The notes beneath the pieces are model-generated. The model was not told where the DNA came from. It saw nothing but the letters and a program-made list of their open reading frames with translations, and made no database searches. The translations under genes and the position numbers were made by a program. From Minisyncoccota bacterium (GTDB lineage: Bacteria > Patescibacteriota > Minisyncoccia > Phycocordibacterales > UBA2100), in the NCBI GenBank assembly GCA_965267345.1, contig OZ253947.1:330814-394813 (forward strand): DNA of 64,000 bases. The letters are read 5' to 3'. How positions within the stretch are numbered: position 1 is the first letter of the stretch; every line of letters starts with the position of its first letter. Shown in pieces: positions 39,459-48,188 of the stretch.

Positions 39459-39495
39459 AGAGCCTAGCTCTCTTGAATGAGAGCTAGGCTCTTTT
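39459..39495 (+). terminator. Terminator of cassette E
   Basis: AGAGCCTAGCTCTC-TTGAAT-GAGAGCTAGGCTCT-TTT. Confidence 0.85.
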
Positions 39496-39512
39496 ACTGT
39501 CCGCCGCGTTTT

Positions 39513-39947
39513 CTACTCGCTCAATTCTAAGTCGTGTATCTCGAGCTCCCCGCTGGTGGCGTCGAGCCACCGTGCTTTTGTCGGCACGATTTTGAACATA
39601 ACAAAGTCGTCATGATCTTTGACGTAGTACTTCGCAGGGTTTTTTGCCGTAAACCATGCCAAGCGCTCCTGTGTCTCTTCAGATGACACGCGCTCGGCAA
39701 CACCCTGCATGTCGAACACCCGCAGCGGATCAATCCCCTCCTCCACTACCGCAAGGGCCACGTGGTTGTTTGCGGTAACCGCCTTATATTTACCAAAACA
39801 CTCACAGGTCCCGAAATAGATAGTGAGGTCGTCATCGGCTGCGTAGAGCATCAGTGACGAATTCGGGTGGCCGTTTTCATCAAGCACCGTCAGTACCATT
39901 TTGCGGTGATCGTTAAGAAATGCACGTGCTTCCTGTAGGTAGTGCAT
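39513..39947 (-). CDS. Pyridoxamine 5'-phosphate oxidase-like FMN-binding protein
   Basis: VL.VLDENG.P...M.YA, K...V..N..VAL, QG.AE. Confidence 0.8.
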   Translation of the reverse strand: MHYLQEARAFLNDHRKMVLTVLDENGHPNSSLMLYAADDDLTIYFGTCECFGKYKAVTANNHVALAVVEEGIDPLRVFDMQGVAERVSSEETQERLAWFTAKNPAKYYVKDHDDFVMFKIVPTKARWLDATSGELEIHDLELSE

Positions 39948-39957
39948 GGGGATGTGA

Positions 39958-41670
39958 TTAATTTGTTGTACGAATTGCCTCAATGATAGCAAATTTTGGA
40001 TTCACTTTCTTGCCGGGATTAAATCGATCATGCGGGTCAAACGCGCATTCAAGATCACGGAAAAGTGACAGCATCTGTTTGCTAAACATTTGTTTTGTGT
40101 ACGATGTTCGAATGATGCCGTCATTGTGCTCACCACAGATGTCACCTTCATATTTCTCCGCAAGCGCAAAGACGTCCTCGGCCATGCGCATGATGATGTC
40201 TGGTGTTTCAGGGTTAGTGAAATCAAGCAGTGGATAGAAATGAAAGTGGCCGTTTCCGCCGTGACCGTGCATGGCGTACTCTGCCTTGTAGGTTTTGAGT
40301 ACTGCGGTGAGCTCTTTCAGGAATGCACCCATGTGCTTTGGCGGTACCACAATATCCTCCAGAAATGCCGCCGGTCGGCGGTTATCCTTACCGAGTTTTG
40401 CCAGTGAGTAGCTTGCGAAGCGGATATTCCACAGCATCTCTTTCGCGCGTGCATTAGTGATACGATGCACCGCGAACCCTTTTTTCTCTAGCGTCTCGCG
40501 CGTTGGTATAATCGCCGCATTCGCTGCTTCAACAGTCGGCGCGTCAAACGTAATGAGGACAGTAAACGCGGGTGTTGTGCGATTAAATACGGTGACGTAG
40601 GCACGCGCGAACTGCCAAAGAAAGCTCACAAATGCGCGCCAGCTCTCGGGATAAAAACGGTGTTTAAAAAAGAGTGGGTGTCGCTTGGCCAACTCGTATG
40701 TTCGATTATCAAAAATCTCAACGTTGCAGGGATGTGCTTCGAGTGTCGTTTCAATGAGTGCCCCGATGTGTTTTACCTTTGCAACCGGCACCACCAGCAA
40801 ATCTGACACTACCGTAACGGGTATCACGCGGCACTCAGCGCGCACGATGATGCCCAGCGTCCCTTGCGAGCCGACACACAATGGTACGAGCGAGAAAGTC
40901 CCCTCTCCGTTTTTGAATGCGTCCAGTGAGTCAGCCTGCAGTACACTCCAGAGTGCATATCCTGACGAATTTTTTGACGCTTTTGGTTTCCCTGCTGTAA
41001 TTGCCGCATACTCTTCCTCGAGCATACGCCATACAGCGCGGTACGCATCGCCGGCGACATCTTTTCGTTTGAGCTCAGCCTTGAGCTCATCATATGTGAG
41101 ATCGGTGAACGTGTAGGTATGTGCATCGTGCAGCACCACGTCAAGCGAGCAAATGTACTGCGCGGTGTGACCGTATTTCAACGAGTACGGACCGGCGGCA
41201 TTGTTGGCAATCATTCCCCCAATGGTGCAAATGTCGCGTGATGAAGGATACGACGGAAGGAAGTAGCCGTGGCGTTTGGTGTATGCATCAAGGTCGCGAA
41301 ACATAACGCCAACCTGTGTACGCGCACACGCCGTGCCGTCGCTACGCGTTTCAAGTGCACCAAGTTCGGTGAAGTGGCGGCACATGTCGATGATAACCGA
41401 GTCATTCAGTGATCCGCCCGCAAGGCCGGTGCCGGCAGCGCGCGCGGTTAACGATAACGTCGTGCCCTCGGGATCAATCTCATTGGCACACGCTACAATG
41501 TGCTCAACCTCTGCAGCCGTACGCGGAAATACGACGAGCTTTGGCATAACGGCAAACACGCTCTCATCAGTCGCATAGCGCGTCAGTGTTTCTGGTGCGT
41601 CATCGCACGTAATGTGTCGCTCACGCAGCGCAGCGCGAAACTGTGCGTATATGTCACCGGCGTCCGCCAC
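39958..41670 (-). CDS. FAD-linked oxidoreductase (D-lactate dehydrogenase/GlcD-like)
   Basis: RAAGTGLAG, TIGGMIANNAAG, GSQGTLG, HG.GNGH.H, GEHNDG, NPGK. Confidence 0.9.
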   Translation of the reverse strand: MADAGDIYAQFRAALRERHITCDDAPETLTRYATDESVFAVMPKLVVFPRTAAEVEHIVACANEIDPEGTTLSLTARAAGTGLAGGSLNDSVIIDMCRHFTELGALETRSDGTACARTQVGVMFRDLDAYTKRHGYFLPSYPSSRDICTIGGMIANNAAGPYSLKYGHTAQYICSLDVVLHDAHTYTFTDLTYDELKAELKRKDVAGDAYRAVWRMLEEEYAAITAGKPKASKNSSGYALWSVLQADSLDAFKNGEGTFSLVPLCVGSQGTLGIIVRAECRVIPVTVVSDLLVVPVAKVKHIGALIETTLEAHPCNVEIFDNRTYELAKRHPLFFKHRFYPESWRAFVSFLWQFARAYVTVFNRTTPAFTVLITFDAPTVEAANAAIIPTRETLEKKGFAVHRITNARAKEMLWNIRFASYSLAKLGKDNRRPAAFLEDIVVPPKHMGAFLKELTAVLKTYKAEYAMHGHGGNGHFHFYPLLDFTNPETPDIIMRMAEDVFALAEKYEGDICGEHNDGIIRTSYTKQMFSKQMLSLFRDLECAFDPHDRFNPGKKVNPKFAIIEAIRTTN

Positions 41671-41672
41671 GG

Positions 41673-42416
41673 CTATTTGGTGCTAAAGTTCTCAAATGCG
41701 CGCAGCACCTCAATTGGTGTGGCAAAGACAACCGTATTACTCTGGTCTGAGCTTAGGTCGTTGAGTGACTGTAGAGTGCGCAGGTGGAGTGCTCCTGTCG
41801 CACCCGAGAGAATGCCGGCGGCTTTTGCCATGTTCTCGGCTGCCATAACCTCTCCCTCGGCCTTGATGATGACCGCACGTTTTTCGCGCTCAGCCTCAGC
41901 CTGTTTTGCAATAGTACGCTCCATTTCGCCCGGCAAAATTACGTCTTTGAGCTCTACGTTGTCTACCTTGATACCCCACTCGTCACTTGCCTCATCAACG
42001 ATCGAACGGATGCGTTCCGAGATACGATCGCGACCGGCGAGCAACTCATCGAGCTCAACCTCACCGACAACATTGCGCATAGTTGTCTGCGCAAGCTGAC
42101 TCATCGCAAAGAAGTAGTCTTCGACGTTCAGCACTGCCTTGTCAGCATCGGTTACTTTGTAGTAAATAACGGCATTAACACCAACGGCGATGTTGTCTTT
42201 GGTAATTGCCTGTTGCTGCGGCACGTCGACTGCTTTCACTCGCATATCCACCTTCTCCATACGCTGAAAGACGGGAATGACAATGCGCCATCCTGCCTCA
42301 CGCAGGCCGGTGTAACGCCCCATGGTGAACATCACCCCGCGCTCATACTGGTTAACCTGTCGCAAGATTGCCACCGCGATAGCAATGGCGAGAATAACAA
42401 TAAGTACAAATTCCAT
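41673..42416 (-). CDS. SPFH/band-7 (stomatin-like) protein
   Basis: YERGV.F, ITKDN, AQTTMR, QAEAERE.RA. Confidence 0.93.
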   Translation of the reverse strand: MEFVLIVILAIAIAVAILRQVNQYERGVMFTMGRYTGLREAGWRIVIPVFQRMEKVDMRVKAVDVPQQQAITKDNIAVGVNAVIYYKVTDADKAVLNVEDYFFAMSQLAQTTMRNVVGEVELDELLAGRDRISERIRSIVDEASDEWGIKVDNVELKDVILPGEMERTIAKQAEAEREKRAVIIKAEGEVMAAENMAKAAGILSGATGALHLRTLQSLNDLSSDQSNTVVFATPIEVLRAFENFSTK

Positions 42417-42452
42417 ATGAATATAATGCTACTGATTAGTCTGTATTGTACC

Positions 42453-43046
42453 TTACTGCCATGGGATATCGTACTGCTCAAATTCGGGGAGTAACTTCTT
42501 GTCGTAAAGCAGGCGCGAGATGACTTCAGCGTGACTGAGTGCCCCCGTGAGAGCGTTGTGCGGCTCGGGCTCGTTCGGGATGCCGGTATAATTCAACACG
42601 GCGTCTAAATTCAGTGCGCTACGGTGATGCTCTGCATCAATAGGTGGTGTCATACCCCGCTTGATCATGTGCATCCACGCAAGTGAATGGCTATCAATGG
42701 TGCGATAGGCAAACGTGTAGTTGAGACCGGCACGCTGACACGCTGCTTTGACGAAGTCGCGGTCGAATGAAACATTTTGGCCGGCAAAGGTACGGTCGGC
42801 GAGCTCGCCAGCCCATGCGACGAACTTCTCAATCAATTCCTGTTCGCTCTGCTTACTGGGATCAATGATCTGTTCTTGGGTAAAGCCGTTTACTTCAAGC
42901 GCCTCGTCCATGACATGCGCACCATTCCAGATGCGACACTCCTCATAAAAACGGTTCTCGGGGTTGTTGAGGTCGAGCGCACCAAGACTCACGATGGAGT
43001 GTTTCTGATACTCGGTACCTGACGCTTCAATATCTAATACCAACAT
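42453..43046 (-). CDS. DEDDh 3'-5' exonuclease
   Basis: LDIEASG, GQNVSFD, HNAL.GA. Confidence 0.85.
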   Translation of the reverse strand: MLVLDIEASGTEYQKHSIVSLGALDLNNPENRFYEECRIWNGAHVMDEALEVNGFTQEQIIDPSKQSEQELIEKFVAWAGELADRTFAGQNVSFDRDFVKAACQRAGLNYTFAYRTIDSHSLAWMHMIKRGMTPPIDAEHHRSALNLDAVLNYTGIPNEPEPHNALTGALSHAEVISRLLYDKKLLPEFEQYDIPWQ

Positions 43047-43082
43047 AACCTAACTATAAACTACCCGTCGCTAACCACCAAC

Positions 43083-43454
43083 TCACTGCAACCCGCTGCA
43101 ATTACCTGCCGGCGTATAGCCGGCGGCACGTGCTGCGTCGATCGTTTTAAACCATCGTTTGTTTTCCTCATTCATTGCCTGCGCGCCGGCACACCACGGA
43201 TAGTGGTATTTCGTGCCATGTTGCGAGGCAACCACCATGCCGCCGATGCGCAGTGGCTCAGCATCTGTCGTTGCGGCGCTGTGTATCCGCACCGGCGGTT
43301 GCGCTTGTTCGTATGCCGAGAGACGCCCGAGCCCGAATGCGCTCACGCCCACCAGCACAATGAGCGCCACTGCCAGCACATCGCCGTGCAGTGGGGCGCT
43401 ATATGCCTTGATTTGCTCGCTTTTCTCGCGTATACTTCCCCACCAGTTATTCAC
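43083..43454 (-). CDS. Membrane-anchored protein with Ada-type metal-binding-like domain
   Basis: TM then VAS..GTKYHYPWC...F.T...A.AAGY.PAGNC; GTG start 6 nt after TACAAT. Confidence 0.75.
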   Translation of the reverse strand: MNNWWGSIREKSEQIKAYSAPLHGDVLAVALIVLVGVSAFGLGRLSAYEQAQPPVRIHSAATTDAEPLRIGGMVVASQHGTKYHYPWCAGAQAMNEENKRWFKTIDAARAAGYTPAGNCSGLQ

Positions 43455-43512
43455 GGGACCATTGTATCGTCTTACGGGAATAGCGCATAATTCATTTTGA
43501 TACAAAGCGTAT

Positions 43513-43788
43513 ATGGCACATAGAAAAGCTGGAGGTTCAGCAAAAAACCTACGCGATTCAAACCCAAAATATTTGGGTACAAAACTCGGTGACGGCCAAG
43601 CGGCAAAAACGGGGTCTATTATTGTGCGCCAGCGGGGTACCCGCATTCTTCCCGGCAAAAATGTCGGCCTGGGTAAAGACCACACGCTCTTTGCACTCGC
43701 AAACGGCATTGTGAAGTTCCGCAGCGCACGTCGCACCCGCTTTAACGGCACCACCGTTCAAAAGCGCATCGTTGACGTTATCGCCTAG
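43513..43788 (+). CDS. rpmA: 50S ribosomal protein L27
   Basis: [30 protein letters not shown]. Confidence 0.98.
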   Translation: MAHRKAGGSAKNLRDSNPKYLGTKLGDGQAAKTGSIIVRQRGTRILPGKNVGLGKDHTLFALANGIVKFRSARRTRFNGTTVQKRIVDVIA

Positions 43789-43819
43789 CGCCACCCGAAA
43801 TACTCTCAAAACCTCAAAA

Positions 43820-43846
43820 CAAAAACGCGCCCCCGGCGCGTTTTTG
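43820..43846. terminator. Bidirectional terminator between rpmA and rplI
   Basis: CAAAAACGCGCC-ccc-GGCGCGTTTTTG. Confidence 0.8.
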
Positions 43847-43870
43847 TGTGTGGATCAGGAAATTGGTTTG

Positions 43871-44314
43871 TTACTCACTCGCGACAACCACCACAGTAAC
43901 CTTGAGTGATTCAGTACCAACTTTCACTGCGGCGGTGTGTTCTCCTACTTCTTTAATGGCGGCGTCGAGTACAATGCTGCCTGCGTTCACCGCCACATTC
44001 ATGTTCTTGCTAAGCGCGTCGGCGATGTCATCTTCATGCACGCCTTCAAAAAGGTGACCCTGTTCATTTGCTTTTGCGGTAATGGTCACCCCGTCTTTGA
44101 GAGACGCAATACCACTCTTAAGGGCCTCAGTGGTTGCTTCTTTTTCCTGCGCGGTGTGCTCGGCCGAACGCTGTGCTTTGGCAATACGCTCAGGCGTGGC
44201 CACATCGGCAAGTCCGCGACGAATCAAAAAATTCTGCGCGTAGCCATCAGACACGTCTTTGATGTCATGTTTGCTGCCGACATTCGGTACATTCTTTCGT
44301 AAAATCACTTTCAT
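43871..44314 (-). CDS. rplI: 50S ribosomal protein L9
   Basis: MKVIL..V...G...V.DGYA.NFL. Confidence 0.95.
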   Translation of the reverse strand: MKVILRKNVPNVGSKHDIKDVSDGYAQNFLIRRGLADVATPERIAKAQRSAEHTAQEKEATTEALKSGIASLKDGVTITAKANEQGHLFEGVHEDDIADALSKNMNVAVNAGSIVLDAAIKEVGEHTAAVKVGTESLKVTVVVVASE

Positions 44315-44356
44315 GGTGCTGTGTTGATTACAGTAACGCTCTTATACTACGCAAAC

Positions 44357-45613
44357 CTAAGAGTTCTGCAAGAATTCCACCGCCGCGTCGAGTATGTAGT
44401 CGGTGTCGGGGTCTGCGTCATCGGGAATAGTAACGACAATGTCAGGTTCGATGCCTTCGCGCGTGATAAATACATCGCCTGCCAAAAGCCATCGGGCGAC
44501 CGTGAGTTTCAGTGATGTGTCGGGGGTAATATCAACGAGCTCCTGCACTGAACCTTTCCCAAAGCTGTTCGTACCCACCAGTGTTGCCACGCCATGCTCC
44601 TGCAGCGAGCCGGCAAGAATCTCTGAGGCACTCGCTGAACCACCGTCAATGAGGATGACCAACTCCAGATTTTCGTTGAACACATCATAGCCACGACTTC
44701 GGTGGATGCTGGTGTCCTGATCGGTGCCGTAGTCCTCAGTGACGACAATTTTGCCGCTCGGTAGGAACCAACTTGCCATATCAACAGCTGCTTCGAGGTA
44801 GCCTCCCGGATTACCGCGCAGATCAACAACGAGCTTGTCGCTACCGCTGTCGATAAACTCACGCAATGCCTGACGGAACAAGTCGGGCGATTTTGCCGAG
44901 AAGTTAAGCAGTTCAACGACGAAAATGCCGTTGTCGAGTTGCGTCGTTTCAATCGTCGGAATTTCAATAACGTCACGGGTCACTGTGATGGTGCGGAGTT
45001 CGGAAGCGCCATCGCGAAGAATCGTAAACGTGACATCGGTTCCTTTTGGTCCTCGAATGCGCTGTACTGCCGCGTCAATGCTGATGCCCTTTGTTGCTTT
45101 GCCGTCAATTTCCAGAATGCGGTCACCGCTTTTAATGCCCGATTCCGACGCCGGTGTCCCCTTCAGTGGTGAAACAACCGTGAGTGTGTTGTCGCGAATC
45201 GAAATTTCCATACCGACACCTTCAAAGCTGCCGCTGATGTCATCGTTAAACACTTCAGCCTCAGATGGTGGCAGGAAAACCGTATACGGGTCGTTGAGGG
45301 ACCCAGCGAGCCCCTGAATCATACCCCAGATGCGGTCTTGCGCTTCCTCAGGCGTCGTTGTTGCTATTGCGTCAGTTGACGTCGCGTATGCATCAACAAA
45401 ACGCTCATCAATAACATTCCATGCTTTCCATACAGGTGAAAAGTCTGCCTGTGGCTGCGCATCAGAAATGGCGCCTGCTGCAAATGCTGAAAAACCGTAT
45501 GCAGAAAGTGTCTGGGCGAATACCCCGCGATGGCCCGCAATGAGTCCCGCGCTGAAGGCAAATACAATAATGACACCGCTAGTGAGGAGTGCGCGCATTG
45601 AGTACAATCTCAT
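44357..45613 (-). CDS. C-terminal processing peptidase (S41, PDZ)
   Basis: DPYT, PDZ, DLRGNPGG, SASASEI, FGKGSVQ. Confidence 0.95.
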   Translation of the reverse strand: MRLYSMRALLTSGVIIVFAFSAGLIAGHRGVFAQTLSAYGFSAFAAGAISDAQPQADFSPVWKAWNVIDERFVDAYATSTDAIATTTPEEAQDRIWGMIQGLAGSLNDPYTVFLPPSEAEVFNDDISGSFEGVGMEISIRDNTLTVVSPLKGTPASESGIKSGDRILEIDGKATKGISIDAAVQRIRGPKGTDVTFTILRDGASELRTITVTRDVIEIPTIETTQLDNGIFVVELLNFSAKSPDLFRQALREFIDSGSDKLVVDLRGNPGGYLEAAVDMASWFLPSGKIVVTEDYGTDQDTSIHRSRGYDVFNENLELVILIDGGSASASEILAGSLQEHGVATLVGTNSFGKGSVQELVDITPDTSLKLTVARWLLAGDVFITREGIEPDIVVTIPDDADPDTDYILDAAVEFLQNS

Positions 45614-45715
45614 CGCCCTATTATGCCACCGTGCGAGTAATTTTCAAAAACACAGGTGTGTTATACACCCAGTAGTGCTGGTCGCCACAGGAAACAGGCG
45701 GTACGCTATAGCTAC

Positions 45716-46627
45716 ATGCTCCATCGCCACGAATACAAAGATCTTGTGTGGGTTGACCTTGAGTCGCCAAGCCTTGATGAGATAAATAGCATTGCCGGCG
45801 AGTTTGGTATTAACTCACTCGTCGCCGATGAACTGCTCGCGTCGACATTAAAGCCACGCACCGAGCGGTACGCTCACTTTTTGTATCTCATACTACACTT
45901 CCCCAACCTTCACCACACACACTCAGGACCTGAGCAGGAAGTTGATTTCCTTATCGGGCACGATTTCGTTATTACCGTGCGCTACGAACCTATCGAGGCA
46001 TTCGTTGAGTTCCGAAAAATTTTCGAAGTAAATGCGACACTCGGCGAGAATACCTTCACGGAAAACCCGTTTGATATCTTTTTACTGCTCACAAAACGCC
46101 TCTATCGTTCGGTTGAAGTGGAGATAGATGAGGTAAACGACTCTCTCGAACATATTGAACGCGGCATTTTTGCAGGCAAAGAAAAAGAGATGGTTGTTGC
46201 GCTCTCGCGTGCCGGTCGAGAAATCCTGACACTCAAGCAAGCACTTGATCCACATCAAGATGTGTTGAATTCGCTGCAAAACCACGTGAGTGACTTTGCC
46301 GGCGAGGACTACGTCGCGCGGGTGCGTGCCGTGCAAAACATGTACTTCCGGGCCCGCAAACACATTACGCGCATCTGGCAAAACATGACTGAATTACGTG
46401 AAACAAATAACTCGCTGCTCACCACAAAGCAAAACGAGGTAATGAAAATTTTTACTATTTTGGCATTCGTCACCTTCCCACTCTCGCTGTTTGCCTCCAT
46501 TTTCGGCATGAATACGCTGTACACGCCGTTTGTCGGTGATCCGTATGACTTCTGGTACGTCATCGGTATTATGGGAACGGCGACACTCATCATGTTCTTC
46601 TTCTTTAGACATAAAAAGTGGCTCTAG
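45716..46627 (+). CDS. CorA-family Mg2+ transporter
   Basis: WVDL..P, NEVMK, FGMN, two C-terminal TMs. Confidence 0.92.
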   Translation: MLHRHEYKDLVWVDLESPSLDEINSIAGEFGINSLVADELLASTLKPRTERYAHFLYLILHFPNLHHTHSGPEQEVDFLIGHDFVITVRYEPIEAFVEFRKIFEVNATLGENTFTENPFDIFLLLTKRLYRSVEVEIDEVNDSLEHIERGIFAGKEKEMVVALSRAGREILTLKQALDPHQDVLNSLQNHVSDFAGEDYVARVRAVQNMYFRARKHITRIWQNMTELRETNNSLLTTKQNEVMKIFTILAFVTFPLSLFASIFGMNTLYTPFVGDPYDFWYVIGIMGTATLIMFFFFRHKKWL

Positions 46628-46667
46628 GGTTGCTCGTGCCACTTCGCTCACGCATACTGAACGCTAC

Positions 46668-48113
46668 ATGAAAGACGCTGAGTTGCACTTCTTCAACACG
46701 CTCACCCGCACGACGGATGTGTTCACGCCGCGCGCCGGCACCACGGTGCGTATGTATAACTGTGGACCGACGGTCTACGGCCGCTCAACAATTGGCAACC
46801 TACGCTCGTACGTTTTTGCCGATCTGATCCGTCGCACACTTGAGTACAGTGGCTACACCGTTGCTCAAGTGATCAACATCACCGATGTCGGCCACTTAAC
46901 GAGCGACGCTGATGAGGGCGAGGATAAAATGACACTCGGTCTTCAGCGCGAAGGCATGGAGCTGACACTCGAAAATATGCGCGCGCTCGGTGAACGCTAT
47001 GCTCAGAGCTTCTTCCATGATCTTGCAGCGCTCAATATTGAAACCACCGACACGCAATTTCCGCGTGCCAGTGACTACATCGATGCACAAATTGCGCTGA
47101 TTAAGACACTCGAAGAAAAAGGCTACGCGTACACCACCTCTGATGGTGTCTACTTTGAAGTGGCGCGCTTCCCGAACTACGGCGCGCTCGGCGGTATCGC
47201 CGCGTCAGACCAGCAAAGCGGCGCACGTGTGTCCGTAAATGAAGAAAAGCGCGACCCGCGCGACTTTGCACTCTGGAAACTCAATGCCGATCTTGGCTGG
47301 GACTCACCGTGGGGCACCGGCTTTCCCGGTTGGCACATTGAGTGCAGCAGCATGATTCTCAGTACGCTCGGCAAACAAATCGATATCCATACGGGTGGCA
47401 TCGACCACATTTCAATCCACCACAATAACGAGATCGCGCAATCAGAAGCGGCAACCGGTAAGTCACCGCTCGCACGTTTCTGGCTGCACAATGCATTCAT
47501 CACCATCGAAGGACGGCGCATCGGTAAATCGGTTGGCAACATGGTGTACCTCGACCAACTCGTCGATCGCGGGTACGCGCCACTCGCTTACCGCTATTGG
47601 CTATTAACTGCCCACTACGCAACACCTGCCAACTTTACGTGGGGCGCACTCGCCGGTGCACACACGAGCCTCAAACGCCTGCACCGCTACTTCGTTGACG
47701 TACTCGGCGTAACACGCACGGACGCCGCTCCTGACGCCGTATACACAAAGCGTTTCGCTGCTGCCATACGCGACAATCTCGACACTCCGAAGGCGCTCTC
47801 ACTACTCTGGGAGCTCGTCAAAGACGAGTCAATTGAACCGGCCGTTACGCGCGCCACTATCCTCGATATGGATCGTGTCTTAGGCCTCGGATTTGCACAG
47901 TCACACGACACCTTGGCGCAATTGCGGGCCGGCGACGGCACCCATCTTGCCATCTCGGATACCCCAGATGCTGTTCAGGCGCTCGTGCGCCAACGGGAAG
48001 ACGCACGCGCCGCCGGTGATTACGCACACGCCGACACGCTTCGCGAGGAAATTACCGCACACGGATTCCACGTCGACGACACCTCTAACGGCCCACAACT
48101 GAGCCGTCTGTAG
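46668..48113 (+). CDS. cysS: Cysteine--tRNA ligase
   Basis: CGPTVY, DFALWK, PGWHIECS, HHNNEIAQ. Confidence 0.96.
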   Translation: MKDAELHFFNTLTRTTDVFTPRAGTTVRMYNCGPTVYGRSTIGNLRSYVFADLIRRTLEYSGYTVAQVINITDVGHLTSDADEGEDKMTLGLQREGMELTLENMRALGERYAQSFFHDLAALNIETTDTQFPRASDYIDAQIALIKTLEEKGYAYTTSDGVYFEVARFPNYGALGGIAASDQQSGARVSVNEEKRDPRDFALWKLNADLGWDSPWGTGFPGWHIECSSMILSTLGKQIDIHTGGIDHISIHHNNEIAQSEAATGKSPLARFWLHNAFITIEGRRIGKSVGNMVYLDQLVDRGYAPLAYRYWLLTAHYATPANFTWGALAGAHTSLKRLHRYFVDVLGVTRTDAAPDAVYTKRFAAAIRDNLDTPKALSLLWELVKDESIEPAVTRATILDMDRVLGLGFAQSHDTLAQLRAGDGTHLAISDTPDAVQALVRQREDARAAGDYAHADTLREEITAHGFHVDDTSNGPQLSRL

Positions 48114-48188
48114 GTATCCCCACACAGCCCACATACTCACAGACCTGTCTACCGACCCCGTGCACGCGCTCGTGGTAGAATAGCCGCT

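Larger units (their letters stand above)
34112..39500. other. AT-richer accessory island of small ORFs at the gene-orientation switch
   Basis: Low coding density, ORFans and phage-type small proteins, many hairpins; no integrase in window. Confidence 0.7.

Noticed and set aside
36960-39500. Cassette hairpins as integron attC sites (TAAC at stops of D and E; GCCTAAC at 37039)
   Set aside because: No matching GTTRRRY ends, hairpins have terminator T-tails, and no integron integrase is in the window
43455-43754. N-terminal extension of the 223-aa ORF 43083-43754
   Set aside because: Overlaps rpmA antisense; the likely start is GTG 43454 just after a -10 box
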